Below, piece after piece: positions 1 to 9,922 of a stretch of 62,522 nucleotides of DNA. The position numbers and the translations under genes were made by a program. The stretch covers positions 1-62,522 of the forward strand of contig MU271454.1 in NCBI GenBank assembly GCA_021432655.1, read 5' to 3'. The DNA comes from Atractiella rhizophila. Lineage: Eukaryota. The number at the start of each line of letters is the position of its first letter. Position 1 is the stretch's first letter. The notes under the pieces were generated by a model. It searched no databases. It worked only from the letters and a program-made list of their open reading frames with translations, and was not told where the DNA came from.

Positions 1-1
1 T

Positions 2-332
2 CAATCGAAAAAGCGTAGTGGCTCCACTACACCAAGAGCGAAGACTCCTCCGCCCGCCAAAAGGCAGAGAGAGGATGAGGATATCGAGATGGAGGGAGAC
101 GATGATGATGAGGAAGATGATGAACTGGCACGAGCATTGGCTCTCAGTCGAGGTGGTGCGTCGCGTGTTTATTTTCAGCTGAAGCAGAATTGAAGTCCGG
201 TGAATAGATGAGGACGTAGAGATGGAGGGTGATGATGAAGGCGCAGCAGAAGAGGAGGAGATGAAGCGAGCGGGGGTTATGAGCTTGAGAGATTATGAGA
301 ACCAGGACAAGCAACAAGGGAAGAAGAAGTAA
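2..332 (+). CDS. 3' end of a UIM-containing protein, possibly the proteasome ubiquitin receptor Rpn10/S5a (partial, one intron)
   Basis: Frame 2 reads ...EDEDIEMEGDDDDEEDDELARALALSRG (UIM-like), then a GTGCGT..TAG intron (156-207), then DEDVEMEGDDEGAAEEEEMKRAGVMSLRDYENQDKQQGKKK* with TAA at 330-332. The N-terminus lies outside the window, so identity is uncertain. Confidence 0.5.
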
Positions 333-956
333 TTTTCTCAATACAAAGATTACAAACAAACACGCGTTGGGCTTAGAAATGGATCTGGATGATGATTGAG
401 AGAACCACTAAGCAGGAGATGGTGTATCTACAAGGACGAGCTTGGGAAGGCAAGTCAGGCTAAATCAGGTTGCATCGCATTCAACTTTGCCTGCTGGAAC
501 GGATTTGGAAAGAGTTGCGCCAGGCGTTCATGTACGAGGATTGCTAATACCGAGTTACAAATACCGACCCACGCCAGCGCCAACTGTGAGGTTTTGCGCA
601 AGTCAGGAATACCCGAAATGCTAGCAGCAAGTGCAGCAATAGCGACAAATAAAGAGAGCGATTGTCTTATGAATCTGAAAATGGTCTGAAAGTGCGAACT
701 TATGCGGAAATCCTTATATCGCTGCGCTCCCAGCTTCCTATTCATCTTGTCAGCGAATGAGAGAACGATGGATGTTCATGCCCACTTGGATTTCGGTCGG
801 GAATTGGATCGAGGCCGAAATCGTCTGAGCAAGGCGGATAGCCATCCTCTCCTATTCGGGACTCGTCAGCAAACCTGGGAGCTGCACTAATCTTTGATAC
901 TCACTCGGATTCCAATTTTGCACCAGGTCGGTGCCAGAATGCTCTAGGAAAAGGTC

Positions 957-1826
957 TCAAGTATGTCGGGGAAAAAAGCAGAGCGCGAACGGTGTTTTCC
1001 TGTCTAGGCCAAGAATTTCCGGACGGTAGACCTTCTTCAGTTGAAGCCGTCTATGTTTAATTTTCAACTGCAGCCCTCCTTGTTCTTGTTTCAGACTGAT
1101 GCTATCGTGAATGATCCCACTGGCCACCAGCGGTTCTGTCAACAAAGTAAGCGAAAATGTTGTCAAAAGCCGATTACGTACTATCTTCGTCGTCTATATC
1201 GTCGGTAACGAAGGCTTTGATGCGAGCGGTGGCTTTGATCTCTTGCTCTTGACAGGGATTTGGTATCGGGATTGATAATGAATCCAAGTCCATGTGAACT
1301 TCAAAGTACACATACTGTTGAAAGGACAAGTCAGTCACCTCACATAGGATGCTACATTTGAACAGTTCGTACCGCGAAGTAACAGAAATCATAGATCTTG
1401 CTAACGGCGGCGTTCAGCTTGTACTTTGGCTTCTTCTCCGGCCGTAAATGGGCAACAATATCCCACACTACTTGGTCTGGCCTTTCGCATAAGTGATAAT
1501 ATTCCATCATGGGAGAGAAATAGCTCGCCATTAGTGTGATATGACTCAAAAACTTCACTATTCCTCTGGCCGTGGCCATTATCGCACGACGTTCTACAAA
1601 GACATCCTGTGGATGCCTCAGAGTTAAAAGAGGAAAAAGCTTCGTGCAGACTTAGGGAATCTCTGACCAACGCAGAAATCTTCAGGTGCACAATCGAGCA
1701 TTCGAATTCTTTCTCCAACAACCTGACCTTGCCCTCCAGTCGCTCCACCTCGTCCTTCAAGAGTGCAAGGTTATCCTTCAATTGTGTACCCTCATCCTCC
1801 GCGTTATGAGCAGGAACTGGAGGCAT
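957..1826 (-). CDS. hypothetical protein or decayed gene (chain of overlapping ORFs, N-terminal coiled coil)
   Basis: Consecutive minus ORFs 1401-1826, 1352-1579, 1174-1392 and 957-1166 have protein-like composition, including heptad-like LKDNLALLKDEVERLEGKVRLLEKE. No family recognised. Confidence 0.3.
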
Positions 1827-2722
1827 TCTTGAAACGGGTGTGGGGTCTTCACTATGCGCCTATGCTGGTTGTTCTGTTGGTACAGTAGGGTGACGGCTCC
1901 ATGAGGGTGCGATCTTTTGAAGGCCTGATGACTAGGAAGGGACTAAGCACCACTCCATGTAAATACGAGGTTCCCATCATTGGTTTGTCGCCTTGGTCGT
2001 TCTTCTCGTTCACTTCGTCCATAGAATTGCTCGGAATCTTTCGTTCTGCAAGATTGAAGGACGAAGATCAAAGTTAAAAATATTGAATATCGCCAAATGA
2101 ATGACACTATAGGATGACATGTCAGGTGATTAAGGAATGAATACTAATTGAGGACTGATCGAGGGTGATCAATTGATCAATGAGATCATTCAGCAGCACC
2201 AAACATTCACCAAAGCAAAGCTAGACTGACAGGAACATGCATGGGCATGAACGTTGAGGCAAATATACATTTGCCCAACCTAGCTGGTTCCGGTTCCCAC
2301 TTTAGAGCTTCAATCTGTTGGATTTTGCAGTCTAGTTTCGTGCCACTCAGTGGCAAAGTCCTTTAGTTTTCTGGAATGTTCTACTATTTTCTAGTTGTCA
2401 CTGCTGTAAGCTATATAAACACATAGAATTCCATTTCCTGGTGCTCATGCGTTTGCAAGAGCTCAGCCAAACGTAACCAAGTCGTACTTAGCTCCGCTCC
2501 TCAGCCCGTCGATTTCCAACACAATCAGGATCCCATCCCTCTTGCCCTCACCAATTCTGTTGCAAGGCTCTAGAGTGGGAGATGGAAGTGATGGCACGGT
2601 GAGTATTGTACACGTCAACACCTGCTCGATATCGAACTGATCCACCATCGATTTCGCAGCCAGCGTGAGGTCGTGAGACTGGAAATTGCCAGGGTCCTTT
2701 TCCTTTCTTGGGTTGTTAGGGG

Positions 2723-3515
2723 TTGATAGAAAGTTCCAATCAGGTGTATCAGCAGGATCTAAGCGTCATTACAGATGTTTTTTACCGCGATGAAACAGCC
2801 TTGGGACTTTCTTTTTCGCTTGATTTCGGAACGCTGCCGCCTGAGCAACAGCCAAAATTCACCGAGCTCTCCCTCAAAGTCGAATTTAATTGCCTTGACG
2901 AAGTTAAGGCGCCCCTCATCAAGTCCATGTTTCCGTGCAATCTCTCTCCAAATTGGTCAGTGCAAACTTCCTCTTCCTCTGCATGTTTCAAGTTAAAATA
3001 AAAGCAACAATACATGTAGGATCAAGGCAAGGGCAAATCAGAAAGACGAAACGATTGCGTATCCCCGTGAATTCCAGAATCATTTCGGACAGCATCCCAA
3101 AGATTGGATCGCTGAGCGGGGCTCGGGGATGACTGGAATGGGAATTGATACCAACAAAGCAAGCTGGCGTCTCCAAGGTAAACTCACTTGACTTAGCCTA
3201 ACAATAGAAGTACCGACGAAGTTGACAGACAAAAACTTGCGGCTTCCATCCTCTTTTTCCCTAGTCGTTGTTGCGAGGGATCAGACTTGGGATGATTGGA
3301 ACATCAAGATCGACGTTAAAGCAAAGGCTGAGAGGGGCATGTTTTCTTTCTGGGGCCAGCGCAATGTTGCAACTGCAGTACCCTTCCCATCCCCACTACC
3401 AATTCAACAGGAAGATGGCAAGGAGGTGAGGGGCATGTGGGGTGTTGGCTGGACAACAGATTGCAAGAAAATGAGTAGCTGGCTTACAACGAATGATGTT
3501 AAGGGCAGGTGGTGA
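2723..3515 (+). pseudogene. hypothetical beta-rich protein, probably pseudogenised
   Basis: ORFs 2723-3001, 2935-3132 and 3222-3515 read as one protein-like sequence (LSFSLDF..KFTELSLKVEF..IKATIHV..IISDSI..G*LEWELIP..LPSSFSLVVV..IKIDVKAK) with an in-frame TGA at 3130-3132. Confidence 0.35.
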
Positions 3516-3604
3516 TTTGTGGGAAGTATAAGAATGTCACATGACAAATATCATTTCAAAGAAGGAAATATCAAGGAAAACTCAATGTTGGAACCAATGC
3601 CTTG

Positions 3605-3851
3605 CATAGTGAAGTCACTTCCCCCCTCATGTCTAGAATAGACCCAACACCTCCAATACATTCCTCTGCTCTATACCTCAAACTGCCCAAGTTTTGCCTT
3701 GTGCAGGTATCAAACTTGCTCCCCCTTCCACCTTCAAAGGAGTGCCCAGCTTAGTAATGACTTTTCTTTACGAAATTTACGTCTACACTTATGCCATCCC
3801 AGGCTAGTTCCCCTGAGAACAGTCAAAAATTTACTTACTCTGTCACATATG
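3605..3851 (+). mobile_element. decayed gag fragment of an older related Gypsy element (left half of the insertion target)
   Basis: Translates to SIPQTAQVLPCAGIKLAPPSTFKGVPSLVMTFLYEIYVYTYAIPG*FP*EQSKI, matching the intact gag SIPQNAQVSPYAGIRLATPSIFKGVPSSAPTFLREIYVYTSAIPGQFPSEKSKI. Confidence 0.85.
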
Positions 3852-4273
3852 TGTTAGGGCTGACACTATGTGCGGTCGCTGATAGGCGATGCGTCTGTAG
3901 TGGAGATAAACCTAAGTGCATGATATGGCATGGAGACTAACCTGTAGTGGAGATAAACCTAAGAGAATACTCTAAGGTCACCTCCACTACTCTCTGATCT
4001 ATATATACAAGCGGAATAACACTGCCACACTGCCACAGAGCGTGGAGGAGAGCAGATGAAACATGTAAGAGAACTAAAAGGGGAAGTGACAGTGGGATTA
4101 CGCGGAGTTAATAAGAGGAGGTTAGGCACAATGGGCTAAGTGGTGATGTAGGTGCGAATGGGCGAACGGGAGACGCAGTGGCGACGGGCGCCGATTCGCA
4201 GGGAACGCAAATGGGCGATAGGAGACGTAATCCGGCGAACGGGCGCCGATTTGCGTAAGATGCAAACCTGACA
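3852..4273 (-). repeat. 3' LTR (422 bp)
   Basis: TGTTAGGGC...AAACCTGACA; matches 9923-10344 apart from 2 substitutions and two 8-bp indels. Confidence 0.97.
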
Positions 4274-4290
4274 ACACCCCCCAGTTTCTG
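4274..4290 (-). promoter_or_regulatory. polypurine tract (plus-strand primer)
   Basis: Minus strand reads CAGAAACTGGGGGGTGT immediately before the 3' LTR start TGTCAGG. Confidence 0.7.
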
Positions 4291-4810
4291 TGGTGCTTGC
4301 AGTAAGCAGAAACTTCTTCTTCGTAAGGTTTGCCAATTTTGCGAAAAGTGCCTGAAGTACCAGCCGCCGCTCGGGCAGAGATGAAATTTTTGGAGCAAAG
4401 AGACATTGTGTACCTCGCAATTTGAGGAATTTTTCGAAGTTGACCAGGTGTTGTTTTGGTGTAATAAGTGTCCATTCTGCGAAAACGGGCTGGACAACTC
4501 ACCAACAAACCGGTCGCCTAGACCTATGTTCAACAGTGTGACTAGGGATTCACCCAGCGAGGCGTATAGAGGAGTAGGACCTCTTAAAGTGAGGGGGAGG
4601 GGACCTCGCGATTGAGGGCAATTTTCGTAAATGCGAGATTGGTGATGGTGCGAGAACGCAATGAGCATTCGTCTTTGACGGGCGACGAATGGACTCACCA
4701 ACGACCAAGTCGCCGACTTGCCCGTTGAGGAGCAAGTCGGCGCCTTGCCTCGACCTAAGTATCAAAGACTAGGATTTCACCCGGCAAGGCATATAGGGGT
4801 GTTGGACCCC

Positions 4811-7800
4811 TTAAAGTGAGGAAGACCTTTCAGCGTGTTTTCGTTGAAGGTTACGAAAACACGCATTTGGGCGATTTTTGGCGGAGTTTGGTATGGAATC
4901 GGGACGAACTGCAAGAGGGTGTGCAGTGTGATAGTCTTTTATAGCATCCTGGGAATTTTCTAGATCTGTGATGTTGATCCACTCGTCTTCAGATGGTGAA
5001 TACCCTTTGTATCGAACGCAATATTTGAAAACTCTATTTCGGGTACCGAACCATTTTCCATCGACAATTTTCTCCACTTCCCATTCTTCAATTCCATTCA
5101 CCAATTCCGGAGGTGGTTTCGGCAACTGGACTCTGCCCGGGATGTCATCCTCGTTGACTTTTCGTATCAGACCTACATGGAACACTGGATGTATCTTCCA
5201 TGAGGATGGCAACTCAAGTTTAAGGTTGAGGGGACCCAAAACTTGCAAAACGCGAAAAGGGCCATGCCATTTGTCGTCCAACTTCTTGACAGGTCTCGTC
5301 GACTTGATGTTTTTCGCGCTCAACCAGACGAAATCGCCGACATGATATTCGGGCGCCGGTGCGCGTTTTCTGTCATAATGTTTTGCCATGAGATCTGCTG
5401 CTTGCTCGAGTGCTGCTTGTGCTTCCCGGTCGGCGATTTGCATCTTTTCGACGAATTGCGCCGCCGCGGGAACGTCCTCGTCGGAGATGGGTTCGAAGGC
5501 CATGCGGGGATGTTGACCGCAATCGAGCGAAAATGGAGTTACACCCGTCGCCGAACTGACGCGATTGTTGAGCGCAAATTCTGCGTTGGGGAGCCCTTCC
5601 ACCCAATTATCCTGAAGGTGATTGCAGAAAATGCGCAAATATTGCTCAACTTCTTGGTTCATGCGTTCAGTCTGGCCATCACTTTGTGGATGATAGGCTG
5701 TTGATGGTGAGCCTTTGATACCCAATAGGCGAAAAAGCGCAGATGTGAATTTAGACACAAACTCTTTTCCCCGATCCAAAATTGCGACATCGAAAAGTCC
5801 ATGTAGTTTCCATACGTGGTCGCGAAAAAGTCTTGCAAGACCCTCTGCATCCATCGTCGAATGGGTGGGGATGAGATGGGTGCGTTTTGAGAGTTTGTCA
5901 ACTATGACGAAAATCGTGTCGAACCCTCCAGATTCTGGGAGTGGTCCAACCAAGTCCATACTGACAATTTGCCAGCGACGTGTGGGAATGTCATTTGGTT
6001 GCAAAAACCCGACAGGTGGGGAAGGAAAGTTTTTCGTTCTGTGGCAAGTGTGACAGGCGCCGACATATCGGCGAACATAATGCGCCAAACCCGGCCACCA
6101 GTAGTACCTTTTTACGAGAGCCGTCGTCGATTTTACGCCTGGATGACCGGCGATTTGCGAATCGTGCAGGTCTTGCAGTATCGAGCGGCGAATTTCGTCG
6201 TCACGGGGAATGTAGAGTTTTCCGCAAAAATAGACAGCGCCATCGACTTCTTGCCACTCCCGTCGGCGAATTGCGTCGACTGGTTCGTCTAGGATCTCTC
6301 TCAAGGCTTTGACTACTTGTTCTTCTCGTTCAGGTACCTTTTTCACGCGTTCCAGTATACTCAACTCCGACATTTGTCTTGTGAGCGCAACCGCGCTCCC
6401 AGTCGCGTTGATCATGATACGATCCGTGTTGAAAAAACGTTCTGGGAGTAATACTACGTCAAAGTTGTCGCAAGTCGCCGGTTTGTGATCCGGTCGCCGA
6501 CTGAGCGCATCTGGTTTTGCGGAGTTTCGTCCAGGACGGTGTAAAAGAGTGAAGTTGAAAGATGCAAGTTCGGTGATCCAGCGCGCCTGTCGCCGATTCA
6601 ACTTTTGTGGCATTCTGAAATACTCAAGATTTTTGTGATCGGTCAAGATCAGAAGTGGCTCATCAGTACCTTGAAGAAGGTGTCTCCATTCTTGCAGTCC
6701 ACGCATAATCGCGAGCATTTCTTTGTCGTAGGTGTCGTAGTTCCTCTGGGCAGCGTCGAGCGATTTCGACACGAAACCGAGAGGATGAAACTTCCCATCA
6801 GGTTTCATTTGCGACAAAACGGCGCCTGTCGCAAAATTTGACGTGTCGACTTCGAGCAAAAACCGTCCTATTTGTTCGGGATGCGCCAAGACGGGCGCCG
6901 AAGTCATGAGCTGTTTCAAAGCGGCGAACGAACGTTGTTCGTCTACCCCCCAGACCCAGGAAACCTCCTTTTTGGTCAGTTCATATAAAGGTCTTGCGAT
7001 GTGACTAAATCTGTCGCAAAAGCGGCGATAGAAATTAGCGAAACCGAGGAACATTTGGACTTCCTTCATGTTTTTTGGTTCCGGCCAATCCATCACTCCT
7101 GCAACTTTCACTGGATCCGGTTCGATCCCGCTGCTGGAAATGATCAAGCCTAGATACTCCACCTCCTCTTGACACCAAACGCATTTCTGCAAATTTACGT
7201 AAAGTCCATTTTCGCGCAAAATTTGACAAACTTGTCGAACACGTTCCCAATGTTCTTCTTCAGTCTCTGTCGCAATTAGGATGTCGTCGATGTATATGAA
7301 GATGAACGCAGCGGCGATCATCGCGCGAAAAATAGAGTTCAGGAAAGCCTGAAAAGTCGCCGGTGAGTTGCAGAGACCGAAATACATCACCAATGGTTCG
7401 AAAAGTCCGCGATTTGTGCGAAACGCCGCTTTGTGCTCGTCTCCTTCTTTGATGCGACCGTTGTTGAAACCTTTTCTCAGGTCAATCTTGCTAAAAAATT
7501 TCTTACCAGAGACCATGGAGAAGAGGTCAGCTTGGATAGGGAGCGGAGTTTTGTCTTTGATTGTGGCTTCATTCAACTTACGATAGTCGAAAAGGGGACG
7601 AAGTTCGGGTGAGTCTTTTTTGTGTGTAAAAAAGACGGAAGCACCATGTTCACCTGTGCTAGGACGTATACGACCGGCGCTCAGTTCAGCGTCAATGAAT
7701 TGGTCGAGCGCCGCTTGTTCGTCTCTTTTCAAGGGGTAGACGGGACCAGCATATGGTTGAGCTTCTGGTTTGAGGTTGATGGCATGGTCCCACGGTCGTC

Positions 7801-8611
7801 GAGGAGGAAGCGAGGTTTTGGATTTTTCATCGTCGAAAATGTCTGCAAAATCGGCGATTTGCGTCGGTATTTCGACAACGCTTTTTGGTCTCATCGCCGC
7901 TGCGTCTTTCGCCAGTTTCTGCGATTTTGTCATGGCGGCACGTATTGAGGCAGAGGACGATGGAAGTTGGTCTCGTGTGGTAGACACATCAACCGCATTG
8001 CAACTGGTGGGGCAACGAGAGAACTCAACTTTCCCTGATGCCCAGTTAATCTCTGGGTTGTGGTGTCTTAGCCAGTCATGACCCAGAATCATGTCGACTG
8101 TCCCCAACTCCGCCACCGCAAATTGCCAAACTTCGTGATGGGCGGCGATCGAAATGGGTAAATAAGCGACAGAATGGATGGAACCCCCCTGATTGAGGGA
8201 TCCGTCGATATTGTAAACGGGCACTGGGGAAGGGAGTTGAGTGACGGGTAGGTTGTATTCAGAAACGAGTTTTGGAGAAATAAAGGAAGTGGTTGCTCCG
8301 CTATCGACGAGCGCCGATGTGGCGTGTCGGCGATGGGAGTGTGGGTGATGGAAAGCGGTCCTGAGTTTTGTTTTCGAACTGACTAGGGATGCCGTCGTCG
8401 AACGTAAATGGACTTTGTCGTACATTTTTGCGACATCAGCGCATCTTTGTCTCCAAGATGGAAAACGCAATTTTGGAAATGGGGAGTCCTGTTCGGGAGA
8501 AGGGAAATCTGCGCAAAGCGGCGCTTTGTTGGGAGTGATTTTAGATGACGAAAATGAATTGCAAGTCGGCGATGGGGACACTCTTTTCACCCATCGCCGT
8601 CTCAAAAATCC
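4811..8611 (-). CDS. pol: Pol polyprotein (aspartic protease, RT, RNase H, integrase, chromodomain), expressed by -1 frameshift from gag
   Basis: ALVDSGA protease, [10 protein letters not shown] and YIDD RT motifs, VDTS/TDH/DALSR RNase H, H..H..CHTC zinc finger, D(SMD)-D(LDRG)-E(QTER) integrase, GPF, and WEVEKIV..VRYKGY..DEW chromodomain; no internal stops. Confidence 0.97.
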   Translation of the reverse strand, partial: GFLRRRWVKRVSPSPTCNSFSSSKITPNKAPLCADFPSPEQDSPFPKLRFPSWRQRCADVAKMYDKVHLRSTTASLVSSKTKLRTAFHHPHSHRRHATSALVDSGATTSFISPKLVSEYNLPVTQLPSPVPVYNIDGSLNQGGSIHSVAYLPISIAAHHEVWQFAVAELGTVDMILGHDWLRHHNPEINWASGKVEFSRCPTSCNAVDVSTTRDQLPSSSASIRAAMTKSQKLAKDAAAMRPKSVVEIPTQIADFADIFDDEKSKTSLPPRRPWDHAINLKPEAQPYAGPVYPLKRDEQAALDQFIDAELSAGRIRPSTGEHGASVFFTHKKDSPELRPLFDYRKLNEATIKDKTPLPIQADLFSMVSGKKFFSKIDLRKGFNNGRIKEGDEHKAAFRTNRGLFEPLVMYFGLCNSPATFQAFLNSIFRAMIAAAFIFIYIDDILIATETEEEHWERVRQVCQILRENGLYVNLQKCVWCQEEVEYLGLIISSSGIEPDPVKVAGVMDWPEPKNMKEVQMFLGFANFYRRFCDRFSHIARPLYELTKKEVSWVWGVDEQRSFAALKQLMTSAPVLAHPEQIGRFLLEVDTSNFATGAVLSQMKPDGKFHPLGFVSKSLDAAQRNYDTYDKEMLAIMRGLQEWRHLLQGTDEPLLILTDHKNLEYFRMPQKLNRRQARWITELASFNFTLLHRPGRNSAKPDALSRRPDHKPATCDNFDVVLLPERFFNTDRIMINATGSAVALTRQMSELSILERVKKVPEREEQVVKALREILDEPVDAIRRREWQEVDGAVYFCGKLYIPRDDEIRRSILQDLHDSQIAGHPGVKSTTALVKRYYWWPGLAHYVRRYVGACHTCHRTKNFPSPPVGFLQPNDIPTRRWQIVSMDLVGPLPESGGFDTIFVIVDKLSKRTHLIPTHSTMDAEGLARLFRDHVWKLHGLFDVAILDRGKEFVSKFTSALFRLLGIKGSPSTAYHPQSDGQTERMNQEVEQYLRIFCNHLQDNWVEGLPNAEFALNNRVSSATGVTPFSLDCGQHPRMAFEPISDEDVPAAAQFVEKMQIADREAQAALEQAADLMAKHYDRKRAPAPEYHVGDFVWLSAKNIKSTRPVKKLDDKWHGPFRVLQVLGPLNLKLELPSSWKIHPVFHVGLIRKVNEDDIPGRVQLPKPPPELVNGIEEWEVEKIVDGKWFGTRNRVFKYCVRYKGYSPSEDEWINITDLENSQDAIKDYHTAHPLAVRPDSIPNSAKNRPNACFRNLQRKHAERSSSL
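8567..8611 (-). promoter_or_regulatory. programmed -1 ribosomal frameshift signal
   Basis: G GAU UUU slippery heptamer (8611-8605) directly before the gag UGA, 5-nt spacer, then a 10-bp stem CGGCGAUGGG/CCCAUCGCCG (8599-8567); pol lies in the -1 frame. Confidence 0.85.
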
Positions 8612-9879
8612 TCCCCCAGATCCGATGATTGAACGACGCTTGTTTTCGGCGACTGGTCGGCGATTTGCACAGCTTGTCGTTCTTGTTCTACGAGACGAGA
8701 GTCGAAATATTCTCCTTGTGCACGAAGATATTGCTCCTTGCATTCCTTCTCTCTGTGTCCGATCTTTTGGCATCTTCGACAACGGGGCGGTCTGAACTTC
8801 GTTGCGTCCACCTCCATATCGTCAGGGTCTTTGGCTTCATGAGGTTGCGAAGCGGCGATGGGTGACAAAGCGGCGCTCGGTCGGTACAGAGGGGGTCCGT
8901 TGTTGTCCTTCTGTTTCATCGATTTTGGGTGATCTTTCTTTGCTGAAGGTGTATTTTGGGTTCCACTCGTCGCCGATGAGATGCCCCGAAAGAAGCTGGA
9001 ATGCGCAAATTCTTCTGCGTCGATTCGCCGCGTTTTTTCCTTCCACTCTTCAAGCGACTTTGGAAAATCACCCTGTGTCACTTTAAGGTGCAGGGCAGGA
9101 TTGAGGCCCCGTTTGAAGAAAAATGTGAGCGCCTCATCATCAAAGTCTGCCTGATTTGCCAACTCCTCAAACTTGATGATGTAGGACTCTAGGTTGCCCT
9201 TCTGTTGCAGGGAAGACAGTTTCGTTTGCGCAATAAGTTTGTGGTCAGTTTTGCAAAAACGCGATCTGAACTCCGACAAAAATTGCTCCCACGAAATCTG
9301 TTCCTCATTTTCGACAAATCGGCACAGTATCCCAGCGGCGAATTTTTCAGCGTCTCCTTCTTTCATATACGATAGAGTAAAAAAGATTTTCGATTTTTCT
9401 GAAGGGAACTGTCCTGGGATGGCAGACGTGTAGACATAAATTTCGCGAAGGAAGGTCGGCGCCGAGCTAGGCACTCCTTTGAAGATAGAGGGTGTGGCAA
9501 GTCTGATTCCTGCATAAGGCGAAACTTGTGCATTTTGAGGTATAGAGGGAGGAGAGTAAGTTTGGGGTATTGGGTCTGTTCGCGATAAAAAGGGGGAGGT
9601 GGTTCCACTGTCTCTAGGAGGAGGCAGTCTGGAGTCCAGTAATTGTAAAATTCGGTCGTTTGTGTTCTGGACGTCGGACCTCAGTTGCGCAATTTCGTTC
9701 GCATTCTGGGAGGTTTGTGCGTTATGTTGGTTGAAACTTGTTATGAGGTCTTGTTCGAGTTTTTTGAACTGTTTTTCCGTTGTGAGGTGTAGGGTTTGGA
9801 ACATCCTTTCTAAGTGCAAGATGCGTTCTTCGCTCGTTGGCGATTCGCGCGTTTCCATATCTCCCCAAACCTCCGACAT
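8602..9879 (-). CDS. gag: Gag (capsid plus CX2CX4HX4C zinc knuckle)
   Basis: 425-aa ORF with a retrotransposon gag domain (FFTLSYMKEGDA, LQQKGNLESYIIKFEELA), PDDMEVD motif and CRRCQKIGHREKEC knuckle. Confidence 0.95.
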   Translation of the reverse strand: MSEVWGDMETRESPTSEERILHLERMFQTLHLTTEKQFKKLEQDLITSFNQHNAQTSQNANEIAQLRSDVQNTNDRILQLLDSRLPPPRDSGTTSPFLSRTDPIPQTYSPPSIPQNAQVSPYAGIRLATPSIFKGVPSSAPTFLREIYVYTSAIPGQFPSEKSKIFFTLSYMKEGDAEKFAAGILCRFVENEEQISWEQFLSEFRSRFCKTDHKLIAQTKLSSLQQKGNLESYIIKFEELANQADFDDEALTFFFKRGLNPALHLKVTQGDFPKSLEEWKEKTRRIDAEEFAHSSFFRGISSATSGTQNTPSAKKDHPKSMKQKDNNGPPLYRPSAALSPIAASQPHEAKDPDDMEVDATKFRPPRCRRCQKIGHREKECKEQYLRAQGEYFDSRLVEQERQAVQIADQSPKTSVVQSSDLGEDF

Positions 9880-9910
9880 TTTTTAAGTTTGGTTTTCGAA
9901 ATTGAGAGAG

Positions 9911-9920
9911 AGAGTATTCT
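9911..9920 (-). promoter_or_regulatory. self-priming primer binding site (Tf1-type, not tRNA)
   Basis: Minus strand AGAATACTCT lies 2 nt after the 5' LTR and is the exact complement of AGAGTATTCT at 10044-10035, about 30 nt downstream of a TATA box; no TGG/tRNA complement. Confidence 0.85.
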
Positions 9921-9922
9921 TC

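Noticed and set aside
3895..3963. Direct repeat CTGTAGTGGAGATAAACCTAAG with spacer, superficially CRISPR-like
   Set aside because: Only two units, inside an LTR of a eukaryotic retrotransposon, with no cas genes.
4639..4701. Three-way junction with a GUC triplet resembling a type III hammerhead (minus strand)
   Set aside because: The core reads CUCAU and CCA instead of CUGANGA and GAAA; kept only as a generic structure.
8612..8782. N-terminal part of the 1323-aa ORF as an independent pol start
   Set aside because: It overlaps gag in another frame upstream of a clear slippery site; frameshift expression explains pol better.
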